A program made the translations under genes and the position numbers. 32,000 nucleotides of DNA from Candidatus Saccharimonadota bacterium. Lineage in GTDB: Bacteria > Bacteroidota > Bacteroidia > Flavobacteriales > Blattabacteriaceae. The notes beneath the pieces are model-generated. The model searched no databases. It saw only the letters and a program-made list of their open reading frames with translations, and had not been told where the DNA came from. The stretch is from assembly GCF_014252415.1 (NCBI RefSeq), contig NZ_CP059223.1, positions 120,001-152,000 on the forward strand. Reading direction: 5' to 3'. Positions 1 to 8,962 of the stretch are shown one piece after another (within the stretch, counting starts at the first letter, position 1; the number at the start of each line of letters is the position of its first letter).

Positions 1-80
1 ATTATGGAAAAGAAGAAGGAAAATGTATTTATTCTGGAAAATATTCTCCTCAAAGAGTTATTTTTTCAAAATCTTATTAA
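1..80 (+). CDS. 3' end of an unidentified CDS (partial, continues upstream of the window)
   Basis: Frame 3 reads YGKEEGKCIYSGKYSPQRVIFSKSY with stop TAA at 78-80. All 25 third-codon positions are A/T, matching the codon bias of the confirmed genes here. Frame 1 carries G/C at 8 of 35 third positions. The product cannot be recognised from 25 aa. Confidence 0.4.
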   Translation, partial: YGKEEGKCIYSGKYSPQRVIFSKSY

Positions 81-90
81 ACAAAATTTT

Positions 91-1032
91 TCAACAAATT
101 TTTTTTAAATTTCCTAAAAAATGTTTTATAGAAAAATAATTTTTTTTTTTTAAAAATTCTTTTAATTCTTTTTTTAATCTATCAAAAATTGATATTCCTT
201 CTTTTATAAATTGTGTTCCTACCTGTACTGCAGAAGCCCCACACAATATATAATCAAACACATCTTGTCCAGAAGAAATTCCTCCACATCCTATTATTGA
301 AATATCTTTTCTCAAAAAAGAAAAAAATTTTGAAACATTTGATAATGCAAATGGTTTAATTATTTTTCCTCCTATACCACCAAAACCATTGTTTGGACTA
401 ATTACCACAGATTCTGTATATGAATTTACATATAATCCATTTGGAATACTATTAACACATGTAATAAATCCAATAGGATATCTATTTATAATAGATGCCA
501 TATTTTTTATATGAATTTCATTAAAATAAGGAGGTAATTTGATTCCCAAAGGTTTTTTATTAAATTTAAATACATTTTTTAAAAATTTAGATACATAAAA
601 AAAATTGTATCCAAATATTTCTCTTTTATTTACAATATTTGGACAAGATAAATTTATTTCTAAAGCACTAATATTAGATATTAAATTTGCTTTTTTTATT
701 AAAAAATAATTTTCTTTTAAAGAAAATCCAGATATAGATAAAAAAATAGGTTTATTAATTTTTTTTTTTTTTAAAAAATCTATGTAAAAATCTATTCCAA
801 GATTTGGTAATCCCATTGAATTAATACTTCCAATATTCCATTCAAAATATCTTGGTTTTTTATTACCATCTCTTAAATTTGTAGTACAACTTTTTGTTAC
901 TAATGCTCCAGAAGAACTATCTAATAGATTAGATAATTCTTTTTCTGTTCTACATAATGCTCCAGATGCGTTCATAATACATGATGATAATTTTATATTA
1001 TTAATTTTGGTGGAAATATCTATTTTTTTCAT
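91..1032 (-). CDS. pyrD: Dihydroorotate dehydrogenase, class 1 (catalytic Cys type; probably 1A, since no pyrK partner is adjacent)
   Basis: 313-aa ORF with NASGA, GSINSMGLPNLG, the class-1 active-site motif NLSCPN, and a C-terminal FMN-binding end GCGGISSGQD...GASAVQVGT. Confidence 0.9.
   Translation of the reverse strand: MKKIDISTKINNIKLSSCIMNASGALCRTEKELSNLLDSSSGALVTKSCTTNLRDGNKKPRYFEWNIGSINSMGLPNLGIDFYIDFLKKKKINKPIFLSISGFSLKENYFLIKKANLISNISALEINLSCPNIVNKREIFGYNFFYVSKFLKNVFKFNKKPLGIKLPPYFNEIHIKNMASIINRYPIGFITCVNSIPNGLYVNSYTESVVISPNNGFGGIGGKIIKPFALSNVSKFFSFLRKDISIIGCGGISSGQDVFDYILCGASAVQVGTQFIKEGISIFDRLKKELKEFLKKKNYFSIKHFLGNLKKIC
140..151. repeat. T12 homopolymer (A12 on the pyrD coding strand), in frame
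   Basis: Counted directly. It encodes part of LKKKN in pyrD. Confidence 0.95.
759..772. repeat. T14 homopolymer (A14 on the pyrD coding strand), in frame
   Basis: Counted directly. It encodes LKKKKI in pyrD. Confidence 0.95.
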
Positions 1033-1104
1033 GACTTATTTATTTACGATATTTTTAATCATTAAAGTATAAAATTTTTTTAACTTTGTTTAAATATATT
1101 TTTC

Positions 1105-2457
1105 ATGGAAAAAAAAAAAAAATTTTTTTTAAGTATATATAATTTAGGAATTATAAAATTTGGAAATTTTACATTAAAAAGTGGAATAAATTCTCCTATA
1201 TATATTGATTTTAGACCAATAGCTTCTAAACCAAAATTATTAATAGAATTATCACATCTTTTATTAGAATTAGTTCCATCTAATAAATTTGAATTAATAT
1301 GTGGTGTACCTTACGCAGCTTTACCTATAGCAACAGCATTATCTTTAATAACTAACATACCACTAATAATCAAAAGAAAAGAAAATAAAGGATATGGAAC
1401 TAAACAAATGATTGAAGGAATTTATAAAAAAGGACAAAATTGTTTATTAATAGAAGATGTTATTACAAGTGGAGATAGTTTATTAAAAACTATAGTAGAT
1501 ATAGAAAAAGAAGGATTAATAATAAAAAATATAATATCAATTTTAGATAGAGAACAAGGAGGAATAGATAATATAAAAAATGTAGGTTATAAAATACAAT
1601 CCTTATTTCGAATAAAAGAAGTTATTAATATATTAAATGATAATGATATTCTAGACAAAAAAAAAATTGATTATCTATATTTTTTTATAAAGAATAAAAA
1701 CAAGAAAGATCAAATTAAAAAAATTTCTTATGAAGAGAAAAAGAAAAATATATCACATTTAATAGGAAAAAAATTAATTGATATAACGTTAAAAAAAAAA
1801 AGTAATTTAATCGTTTCATTAGATTTAGTTTATTCTGAAAAAATATTAGAATTGGTTAGTTTAATTGGAGATAAAGTTTGTGGAATAAAATTACATTCAG
1901 ACATAATTAATGATTTTTCATTTTCATTTATAAATACTATTAAAAAATTATCTATAAAAAAAGAATTTCTTTTATTAGAAGATAAAAAACTATGTGATAT
2001 AAATTCTACAAATTTTCTTCAACTCCATAATGGAGTACATAAAATTTTATCTTGGATAGATATTATAACTGTTCATGTCATAGCTGGTGAACATAGTATT
2101 AAAAATCTAGATTTACCATCTAATATAGGATTAATTACTATTTCAGAAATGTCTTCAATTGGACAATTACTTGACGATAATTATATAAGAAAAGTATTAA
2201 ATATATCATTAAATAATCCAAAAGTTATTGGCACTGTTGCTCAAAGAAAAGTAGATAATAGGTTATTATTATTTACTCCTGGAATTCAATTATCTAATAA
2301 TGATAGAAATAATTATACACATCCTAACATAGTATTTAAAAAATATTATAGTGATTTTATTATTATAGGAAAAGCTATATATAAATCTATTGATCCAGTA
2401 AAAACTATTGAAGAATATAGAAGTATAGCATGGAACGCATATGAATCTGTATTATGA
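1105..2457 (+). CDS. pyrEF: Bifunctional orotate phosphoribosyltransferase / OMP decarboxylase (UMP-synthase-like fusion)
   Basis: The N-terminal ~180 aa is a type I PRTase (FTLKSGINSPIYIDFR, PRPP loop LLIEDVITSGDS). The C-terminal ~235 aa is an OMP decarboxylase (NLIVSLDL; EDKKLCDINST matching the eukaryote-type ED[RK]KFxDIGNT with the D-K-D residues kept). It is one uninterrupted 450-aa ORF. Confidence 0.9.
   Translation: MEKKKKFFLSIYNLGIIKFGNFTLKSGINSPIYIDFRPIASKPKLLIELSHLLLELVPSNKFELICGVPYAALPIATALSLITNIPLIIKRKENKGYGTKQMIEGIYKKGQNCLLIEDVITSGDSLLKTIVDIEKEGLIIKNIISILDREQGGIDNIKNVGYKIQSLFRIKEVINILNDNDILDKKKIDYLYFFIKNKNKKDQIKKISYEEKKKNISHLIGKKLIDITLKKKSNLIVSLDLVYSEKILELVSLIGDKVCGIKLHSDIINDFSFSFINTIKKLSIKKEFLLLEDKKLCDINSTNFLQLHNGVHKILSWIDIITVHVIAGEHSIKNLDLPSNIGLITISEMSSIGQLLDDNYIRKVLNISLNNPKVIGTVAQRKVDNRLLLFTPGIQLSNNDRNNYTHPNIVFKKYYSDFIIIGKAIYKSIDPVKTIEEYRSIAWNAYESVL
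1109..1130 (+). repeat. A14 immediately followed by T8 at codons 2-9 of pyrEF
   Basis: Counted directly: atg g + a x14 + t x8, encoding MEKKKKFFL. Confidence 0.95.
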
Positions 2458-2559
2458 ATATATAATTATATAAAATTTTTTTTAAATAAAAATTAATTAA
2501 ACTGATTATAAAAATATTTAATTTGTATTATGATTAATATTGATTGAATCTTTATAGAT

Positions 2560-3132
2560 ATGAAATGGATTAATTCATTAATTAGTTGTTTTATGATACT
2601 ATTTAGTATCATAGATATATTAGGAAACGCTCCGATTATTATGGGGTTTAAATCTAAAGGAAATATTATAGATACTAAAAAAGTTATAATTACTTCATTA
2701 ATTATTTTTTTATCATTTTTATTTCTAGGTCAACCTATATTAAAAATTATAGGTATAGATATACATTCTTTTTCTGTTGCTGGATCTATTGTTTTATTTT
2801 TAATAGGAATAGAAATGATATTGGGAGTAGATTTTCATAAAGTATCAAAAAATACACAAACATCTATAGTTCCTATTGCATTTCCACTGATTGCTGGTCC
2901 CGGTTCATTAACTACATTAGTATCGTTGAGGGCAACTTATGATAATACAATTATAATTTTATCTTTATTACTGAATATGATAGTTGTTTATTTTGTTATT
3001 GATAAATGTGATTTTATAGCTAAAAAAATAGGAAATAATGGACTGGATGTTTTAAAAAAAATATTCGGGATTATTTTATTAGCTTTTTCTGTAAAAATTT
3101 TTGGAGCAAATGCAGTAATATTATTTCAATAA
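2560..3132 (+). CDS. MarC-family (UPF0056) integral membrane protein
   Basis: 190-aa ORF with about 6 hydrophobic segments. It has the family-typical N-terminal DILGNAPI motif and IAGPGS in the middle. Confidence 0.7.
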   Translation: MKWINSLISCFMILFSIIDILGNAPIIMGFKSKGNIIDTKKVIITSLIIFLSFLFLGQPILKIIGIDIHSFSVAGSIVLFLIGIEMILGVDFHKVSKNTQTSIVPIAFPLIAGPGSLTTLVSLRATYDNTIIILSLLLNMIVVYFVIDKCDFIAKKIGNNGLDVLKKIFGIILLAFSVKIFGANAVILFQ

Positions 3133-3410
3133 TAATTTTTTTGAATTAAATATATTTTTAATTGAATTATCTATATCCTTATATTTGTGAATTATTGACG
3201 ATTTGTAATAGATGATTACATAGATCTTTTTATTAAAAAATTTTTTTAATATTAATTCATTTTTAAAAAAAGAAGATCTAACTATTCTCCTTATTCTATT
3301 TCTATCAACAGATTTTTTAATTTTTTTTTTTTTATTAAAATCCCTATTAAATTAATTGAATGTTTATTGATATAATAAAAATTTTCAAAATAAAATATTG
3401 AAAAAATAGG

Positions 3411-3428
3411 ATATATATATATATATAT
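3411..3428. repeat. (AT)9 dinucleotide microsatellite in a non-coding spacer
   Basis: Counted directly. Confidence 0.95.
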
Positions 3429-3474
3429 TCCATTTTTCATAACTAAATTAAAAAAATTTTTTTTTACTTTTATT

Positions 3475-4470
3475 TTATTCATCATAATTTTTTATAAAAT
3501 TCTCTAATTTAGAAACCATATTCATTGGCCCACATATAAATGGAGTTCTTTGATGTAAATCAATAGGTTCAATTTCTAAAATTCTTTTATACCCATTACT
3601 GGCTTTTCCTCCTGCTTGTTCTGTAATAAAAGCAATAGGATTACACTCATACAATAATCTTAATTTTCCTTTTGGATGTAATGATGTTTGTGGATAAATA
3701 TATATTCCACCTCGAATCATATTTCTATGGAAATCTCCTACTAAAGACCCTATATATCTTGCTGTATATGGTCCACCATTTCTTTTTTCTTTTTGACAAT
3801 ATTTTATATATTTTTTTATTCCATTAGAAAATTTAATATAATTACCATCATTAATAGAATAAATTTTATTTTCATCTGGAAACATTAGATCAGGATGAGA
3901 TAAATAAAATGTACCAATTGATGGATCCAAAGTAAACCCATGTACGCCATTTCCTGTAGTATAAACTAATATAGTGGATGATCCATAAATAATATATCCT
4001 GCAAGGATTTGTTTAGATCCATTTTGTAAAAAATCATCTATTGTTAAAAAATCATTATTATATTTACTTTTATATACTGAAAATATAGTACCAATAGGTA
4101 CATTTACATCGATATTAGAGGAACCATCAAGTGGATCTATTAACACAATATATTTATCTTTTATATTTTCTTTTTTATTAATTATTATAAAATCTTTACT
4201 CTCTTCCGATGCAATTCCACAAACTATATCTCTATTTTTTAAAGAATTTATAAAAATGTTATGAGCAAAAAAATCTAATTTTTGTTGTTGTTCTCCTTGA
4301 ATATTTGTTTTTCCTGAACTACCAATATTTTTAGTTAATCCAGCCTTATTTACTTCTTTATGAACCGCCTTAGCTGCTAATTTAATAGCACTAAATAAAC
4401 GTAATAATGACTCAATAGAATGAGAAAAATATTTTTTATTATCTATAATAAATTCTCCTAATGTATACAT
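3475..4470 (-). CDS. fbp: Fructose-1,6-bisphosphatase, class 1
   Basis: 331 aa with the metal-binding [12 protein letters not shown] and the C-terminal [21 protein letters not shown] signature. Confidence 0.93.
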   Translation of the reverse strand: MYTLGEFIIDNKKYFSHSIESLLRLFSAIKLAAKAVHKEVNKAGLTKNIGSSGKTNIQGEQQQKLDFFAHNIFINSLKNRDIVCGIASEESKDFIIINKKENIKDKYIVLIDPLDGSSNIDVNVPIGTIFSVYKSKYNNDFLTIDDFLQNGSKQILAGYIIYGSSTILVYTTGNGVHGFTLDPSIGTFYLSHPDLMFPDENKIYSINDGNYIKFSNGIKKYIKYCQKEKRNGGPYTARYIGSLVGDFHRNMIRGGIYIYPQTSLHPKGKLRLLYECNPIAFITEQAGGKASNGYKRILEIEPIDLHQRTPFICGPMNMVSKLENFIKNYDE

Positions 4471-4622
4471 TACATTTATTTTAAGATATAGAAAAAATTT
4501 GATATAAAGATCAAACTTTTTTTAAAAAAATATAGTATAATCAATTAACTTTTTATTAATAAAAATTTTATTTTTATTTAGTTTAATTTTTTAAATAAAT
4601 AATAATAACTAATGAAATCATA

Positions 4623-5390
4623 ATGAAATTTATAAAATTACCATTTATATTATTATGGAGAATATGGTTTTTTATTATTAACATATTTTTAATTCCGTTA
4701 TGGGCAGGTGCATCAATTCCTTTTTTATTTAATGAAAAATATTATCATATTGCATATTGGTTTCATCAAATGTGGGCTAGAAGTAATTTATTACTAATGG
4801 GATTTTGGTATATTTTAGATAAAGAAAAAGAAATATTAGATAATAATAAACAATATATGATAATTAGTAACCATACTTCTATCATAGATATAATGTTAAT
4901 TTTTTCTATAATGAGAAATCATCCATTAGTTTTCGTAGGAAAATCGGAATTATCAAAAATCCCAATTTTTGGATTTGTTTATAGGAAAAGTAATATTCTT
5001 ATAGAAAGAGATAACATATCCAGTTGTGTTAATGTATTTAAACAAATACAGAAGAAAATAAATTGCGGAAAAAGTATTTGTATTTTTCCAGAAGGTGGAG
5101 TTTTAAATAAAAAACACTCAATATATTTAAATCCTTTTAAAAAAGGAGCATTTTTTGTTGCCATTTTAAATAAATTACCTATTGTACCTTTTACTATAGC
5201 TGATATAAAAACAAAATTTCCTAGTTTTTTTGTTATAAAAGGTGCCCCAGGAAAAATAAGAATAAAACAACATCATTCTATTTCAACTAGAAACTTATCT
5301 TTAAAAGATAAAAATTTTTTAAAAAAAAAATGTTTTGATATAATTAAAAATCAATTAAAAGTCTTTTACGAAAAAAAATATGTGAATTAA
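4623..5390 (+). CDS. plsC: 1-acyl-sn-glycerol-3-phosphate acyltransferase
   Basis: N-terminal TM segment, acyltransferase HX4D motif (NHTSIIDI), and an FPEGG block. Confidence 0.8.
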   Translation: MKFIKLPFILLWRIWFFIINIFLIPLWAGASIPFLFNEKYYHIAYWFHQMWARSNLLLMGFWYILDKEKEILDNNKQYMIISNHTSIIDIMLIFSIMRNHPLVFVGKSELSKIPIFGFVYRKSNILIERDNISSCVNVFKQIQKKINCGKSICIFPEGGVLNKKHSIYLNPFKKGAFFVAILNKLPIVPFTIADIKTKFPSFFVIKGAPGKIRIKQHHSISTRNLSLKDKNFLKKKCFDIIKNQLKVFYEKKYVN

Positions 5391-5403
5391 TAAAAAAAAA
5401 CTT

Positions 5404-5877
5404 GTGAAAAAAATAATTCATATTTATACAGATGGATCTTCTAAGGGTAATCCAGGTCCTGGGGGATATGGAGTTTTTATTGAAATATTTTTTAAAAATT
5501 TTTATTCTAAAAAAATTTTATCTGAAGGTTTTCGTTATACTACGAACAACAGAATGGAATTACTTGCTATAATAGAAGGATTAAAAAAAATAAAAATAAA
5601 AAATAATATTATTATATTTACTGATTCTAAATATATTATAGATTCTGTTCAAAAAAATAGAATATTTCATTGGGAAAAAAATAATTTTCATAAAAAAAAA
5701 AATATAGATTTATGGAAAATATTTATTAAATTATTTTTGATAAACTCAATATCATTTCAATGGATAAAATCACATAACAATAATTTTTGTAATGATTATT
5801 GTGATCGATTATCTAAAACAGCTTCTAAAAAAATCAATCTAAAAATTGATCATATATATGAAAAAATTAGTAAATAA
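5404..5877 (+). CDS. rnhA: Ribonuclease HI (GTG start)
   Basis: IYTDGSSKGNPGPGGYG, TNNRMEL, FTDSKY, and WIKSH...N...D; 157 aa. No in-frame ATG lies upstream of the conserved YTDG block, so GTG at 5404 is the start. Confidence 0.88.
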   Translation: MKKIIHIYTDGSSKGNPGPGGYGVFIEIFFKNFYSKKILSEGFRYTTNNRMELLAIIEGLKKIKIKNNIIIFTDSKYIIDSVQKNRIFHWEKNNFHKKKNIDLWKIFIKLFLINSISFQWIKSHNNNFCNDYCDRLSKTASKKINLKIDHIYEKISK

Positions 5878-5882
5878 TTAAA

Positions 5883-6665
5883 TTAATTCTTTATATACAT
5901 CTTTTGTCTAACAATTTCGTACGAAATAATAGACATAGCATTACTGACATTTAATGAATCTATTTTACCAAACATAGGAATATTTATAATTTTATCAGAG
6001 TTATTTATCCAAATTTTGGATACACCTTTATTTTCAGATCCAAAAACTATAGATATCTTTTTATAACGTGAAAAATTTATTTTATATAAATTTTCTGACT
6101 TTTTACAAAGTCCAGATACAAAAATCTGAATTTTATTTTTTTTTATCCAAGAAATAATAGAATCAGTTTTATCTATTATAATATTATTTGTAAAAACACT
6201 TCCTAGACTACATCTAATTATATTAGAATTAAAAATATAAGTTTTTATATTACATAATATGATCATATAAAATTTAATAGATTCTGCTATCCTTAATATA
6301 GCTCCTATATTACCAGGCTTTTCTAGCCCATCTAATATAAGAATAATAATATTATTATGAACATTATTAATATTTTTCAAATTATTAATTTTTTTTTCTT
6401 TAAATAAAGCAATAATTCCATCAGAATTATCTCTATATGCTAATTTTTTAAAAATTTTTTTTTCTATTATAAATATATTTTTATACTTTTTAAGTAAATT
6501 AAATTCTGTAAATATTTTTTTAAAAATAAATATCTCTAATGGTTTAAATCCACCTTTAACAGCCATATTAAATTCTCTTAATCCTTCTACAAGGAAAAAA
6601 TTTTTTTTTATTTTTTTTTTTAAATTTTTTATTTTAGTATTATGAATACTGTATATTTTTTTCAT
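5883..6665 (-). CDS. TrmH/SpoU-family RNA 2'-O-methyltransferase (RlmB-like, with N-terminal substrate-binding domain)
   Basis: SpoU motifs GLEKPGNIGAILR, IVFGSENKGVS and IPMFGKIDSLNVSNAMSIISYE. Confidence 0.78.
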   Translation of the reverse strand: MKKIYSIHNTKIKNLKKKIKKNFFLVEGLREFNMAVKGGFKPLEIFIFKKIFTEFNLLKKYKNIFIIEKKIFKKLAYRDNSDGIIALFKEKKINNLKNINNVHNNIIILILDGLEKPGNIGAILRIAESIKFYMIILCNIKTYIFNSNIIRCSLGSVFTNNIIIDKTDSIISWIKKNKIQIFVSGLCKKSENLYKINFSRYKKISIVFGSENKGVSKIWINNSDKIINIPMFGKIDSLNVSNAMSIISYEIVRQKMYIKN

Positions 6666-6688
6666 AATAATTATACATATTAAATGTT

Positions 6689-7125
6689 ATGATGAACATA
6701 GATAAAAAAAATGATATAGAATATATGAAACTAGCTGTTGAACAATCAAAATTTTCTTTTTGTAAAAAAAAAAAGTAGGAGCCATTATAGTAAATAATGG
6801 AAAAATAATATCTAATGGATATAATAAAAATCCAATTAAAAATGATAATGAATGTGAAGATTTTAATGGAAACACTAAATGGTATATTATACATGCAGAA
6901 GCAGATGCAATATTAAAATTAACATATTCATCATCTTTTTTTTCATGTAAAAATGCATCGATTTATATAACACATTCTCCGTGTAAGGAATGTAGTAAAC
7001 TTATTTATTTATCTAAAATAAAAAAAGTTATATTTTTAAATATATTGAATGATAATGATGGTACAGAATTTTTGAAAAAAAAATCGTTATATATTAAATG
7101 TATATATAAATGTTTTCCTCATTAA
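6689..7125 (+). pseudogene. dCMP (deoxycytidylate) deaminase, reading frame broken at an A11 tract. It may be a true pseudogene, a slippage-rescued gene, or a homopolymer sequencing error.
   Basis: Frame 2 from ATG 6689 reads MMNIDKKNDIEYMKLAVEQSKFSFCKKKK and hits TAG at 6776-6778. Frame 1 from 6775 reads VGAIIVNNGKIISNGYNKNP...WYIIHAEADAIL...IYITHSPCKECSKLIYLSKIKKVIFL... to TAA at 7123-7125. Together they give the cytidine/dCMP deaminase signatures S.C....VGA.IV, HAE and PCxxC. The second part has no Met, so it is absent from the ORF track. Confidence 0.8.
6764..6774 (+). repeat. A11 homopolymer at the dCMP deaminase frameshift site
   Basis: Counted directly: tgt + a x11 + gta. A9 or A12 would be in frame. 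Confidence 0.95.
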
Positions 7126-7152
7126 TTGATATCAATCATTACTAATATTCAT

Positions 7153-7242
7153 ACCCAAGTGGCGAAATTAAGGTATACGCGTTGGACTCAAAATCCAATG
7201 ATTTTTTATAATATCATGCGGGTTCGAATCCCGCCTTGGGTA
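7153..7242 (+). tRNA. tRNA-Leu, anticodon CAA, class II (long variable arm)
   Basis: The acceptor stem ACCCAAG (7153-7159) pairs with CTTGGGT (7235-7241), followed by discriminator A. The anticodon stem is TTGGA/TCCAA with loop CTCAAAA (U33, then CAA). The T arm is GCGGG-TTCGAAT-CCCGC, and the long variable arm is TGAT...ATCA. No CCA is encoded. Confidence 0.9.
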
Positions 7243-7246
7243 TTTT

Positions 7247-8953
7247 TTAGAATAAAAAATACTTTTGAGATAATGGTAAAATTTTAGAAGGAAAAGATTC
7301 TATTTTATTTCCATCAATATAAACTGAATAATTTTTGGGATCAACTTCTATATTAGGTGTTACTCCATTTAAAATCATATTTTTTTTAGAGAGAGTTCTA
7401 CAACCTTTTATCAATTTTATTTGTTTTTTTATATCATTTTTTTCAAATAAATCTTTATTTAAAGAACATGATGATACAAATATGCTACTTAATTTAGGAT
7501 TAAAATAACCAAACATTTTTCTATACATAAATGGTTGAGGAGTAGGAATAGTAGCATTAGGATCACCTACACATGCATATACGATCATACCACCTTTTAT
7601 TACTAATTCAGGTTTAACACCAAAAAAAGACGGTTTCCATAAAACTAAATCAGCCATTTTACCTACCTCTACTGACCCAACATATTCAGAGATACCATGA
7701 GTAATTGCAGGATTAATTGTATATTTAGAAATATATCGTTTAACTCTAAAATTATCATTACACGTTGTTTTTATAGAATTCACTAACCCTTGTTTTTTCA
7801 TTTTATCAGCAGTTTGCCAAGTTCTTTTTACTATCTCTCCTATTCGCCCCATTGCTTGAGAATCTGAACTTACCATACTTATTGCCCCCATATCATGCAA
7901 AATACCTTCTGCACTAATAGTTTCAGATCTTATTCTAGATCTAGCAAAAGATATATCTTCAGGAAGATTAGAGTCTAAATGATGACATATCATTAACATA
8001 TCTAAATGTTCATCAATAGTATTATAAGTATAAGGCATAGTTGGACTTGTGGATGAAGGTAAAATATTTTCTTTAGAAATAACTTTTAATAGATCAGGTG
8101 CATGTCCTCCACCAGCTCCTTCAGTATGATATGTATGAATAACTCGATTATTAAAGATATTAATTGTATCTTCTACATATCCAGATTCATTTAATGAATC
8201 TGTATGAATATTCACTTGTATATCTAATTTATCTGAAACACGTAAACATTGATTAATTACACTAGGTGTACTCCCCCAATCTTCATGGATTTTTAATCCC
8301 CCGGCCCCAGATTCTATTTGTTCGATTAATGCTTTAGGATTAGAACTATTTCCACTTGCTAGAATAATAAAATTAATAGGTACATTATCTATACTTTTTA
8401 TCATATTTTGTATATTCCATACACCTGATGTACAATTAGTGGCTATACTACCCGTTGTAGGTCCTGATCCTCCACCAATAATAGTAGTAGTTCCATTTTC
8501 TAATGCTACTTTAAATAATTGTGGACAAATATAATGAACATGACTATCTACACTTCCTGATGTAACAATTAAATTTTCTGATGAAATCACTTCAGTTCCT
8601 GCTCCTATATACATATTAGAATCTACCCCATCCATAAAATATGGATTTCCTGATTTTCCAATACCTACAATCATTCCATTTTTTATTCCAATATCTGCTT
8701 TTACAATCCCCCAAAAATCTATAATAACAGCATTAGTAATTACTAAATCTAGTATACCATCGCTTTTTGTAGCCATTGGATGTTGTCCCATCCCATCTCT
8801 AATTACTTTTCCTCCTCCAAAAACACATTCATCTCCATAAAATGTATAATCTTTTTCTATTTCAATCCATAAAGATGTATCTCCTAAACGAACTTTATCT
8901 CCTTTAGTTGGTCCATACATATTAGCATAAACTTTTCTATCTACTTTTTTCAT
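7247..8953 (-). CDS. ureC: Urease alpha (catalytic) subunit
   Basis: 568 aa. All nickel-site motifs are present: [17 protein letters not shown] (the carbamylated Lys), [30 protein letters not shown] and SSDSQAMGR. Confidence 0.97.
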   Translation of the reverse strand: MKKVDRKVYANMYGPTKGDKVRLGDTSLWIEIEKDYTFYGDECVFGGGKVIRDGMGQHPMATKSDGILDLVITNAVIIDFWGIVKADIGIKNGMIVGIGKSGNPYFMDGVDSNMYIGAGTEVISSENLIVTSGSVDSHVHYICPQLFKVALENGTTTIIGGGSGPTTGSIATNCTSGVWNIQNMIKSIDNVPINFIILASGNSSNPKALIEQIESGAGGLKIHEDWGSTPSVINQCLRVSDKLDIQVNIHTDSLNESGYVEDTINIFNNRVIHTYHTEGAGGGHAPDLLKVISKENILPSSTSPTMPYTYNTIDEHLDMLMICHHLDSNLPEDISFARSRIRSETISAEGILHDMGAISMVSSDSQAMGRIGEIVKRTWQTADKMKKQGLVNSIKTTCNDNFRVKRYISKYTINPAITHGISEYVGSVEVGKMADLVLWKPSFFGVKPELVIKGGMIVYACVGDPNATIPTPQPFMYRKMFGYFNPKLSSIFVSSCSLNKDLFEKNDIKKQIKLIKGCRTLSKKNMILNGVTPNIEVDPKNYSVYIDGNKIESFPSKILPLSQKYFLF

Positions 8954-8962
8954 AATAATATT

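Noticed and set aside
1-108. Frame-1 reading IMEKKKENVFILENILLKELFFQNLIKQNFSTNFF* as the incoming partial gene.
   Set aside because: It would overlap the pyrD 3' end by 18 nt and has G/C at 8 of 35 third positions. Frame 3 has none and ends cleanly at 80, so frame 3 is preferred.
2455-2457. Possibility of an alternative genetic code (TGA read as Trp), as in some tiny endosymbiont genomes.
   Set aside because: Trp is encoded by TGG in conserved positions. TGA terminates pyrEF and purA at the expected protein ends, and no gene needs TGA read-through to reach normal length.
3204-3220. Small hairpin tgtaat-agatg-attaca and nearby agatct palindromes in the marC/fbp spacer.
   Set aside because: The stem is only 6 bp, and agatct is self-complementary, so the apparent repeats are trivial. 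There is no flanking T-run or conserved RNA motif.
3291-3485. 64-aa minus-strand [12 protein letters not shown]...
   Set aside because: It is low-complexity, runs through the (AT)9 microsatellite (which gives IYIYIY), overlaps the fbp stop, and has no motif. It is most likely a chance ORF in AT-rich spacer.
4979-5164. 61-aa ORF antisense to plsC.
   Set aside because: It lies entirely within a well-supported gene on the opposite strand and has no motifs. It is a typical shadow ORF.
6640-6894. Two minus-strand ORFs (84 aa at 6640-6894; 62 aa at 6687-6875) from the ORF track.
   Set aside because: They are hydrophobic, low-complexity translations antisense to the frameshifted dCMP deaminase, which explains the open frames. 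One also overlaps the trmH-family start. They have no recognisable motifs.
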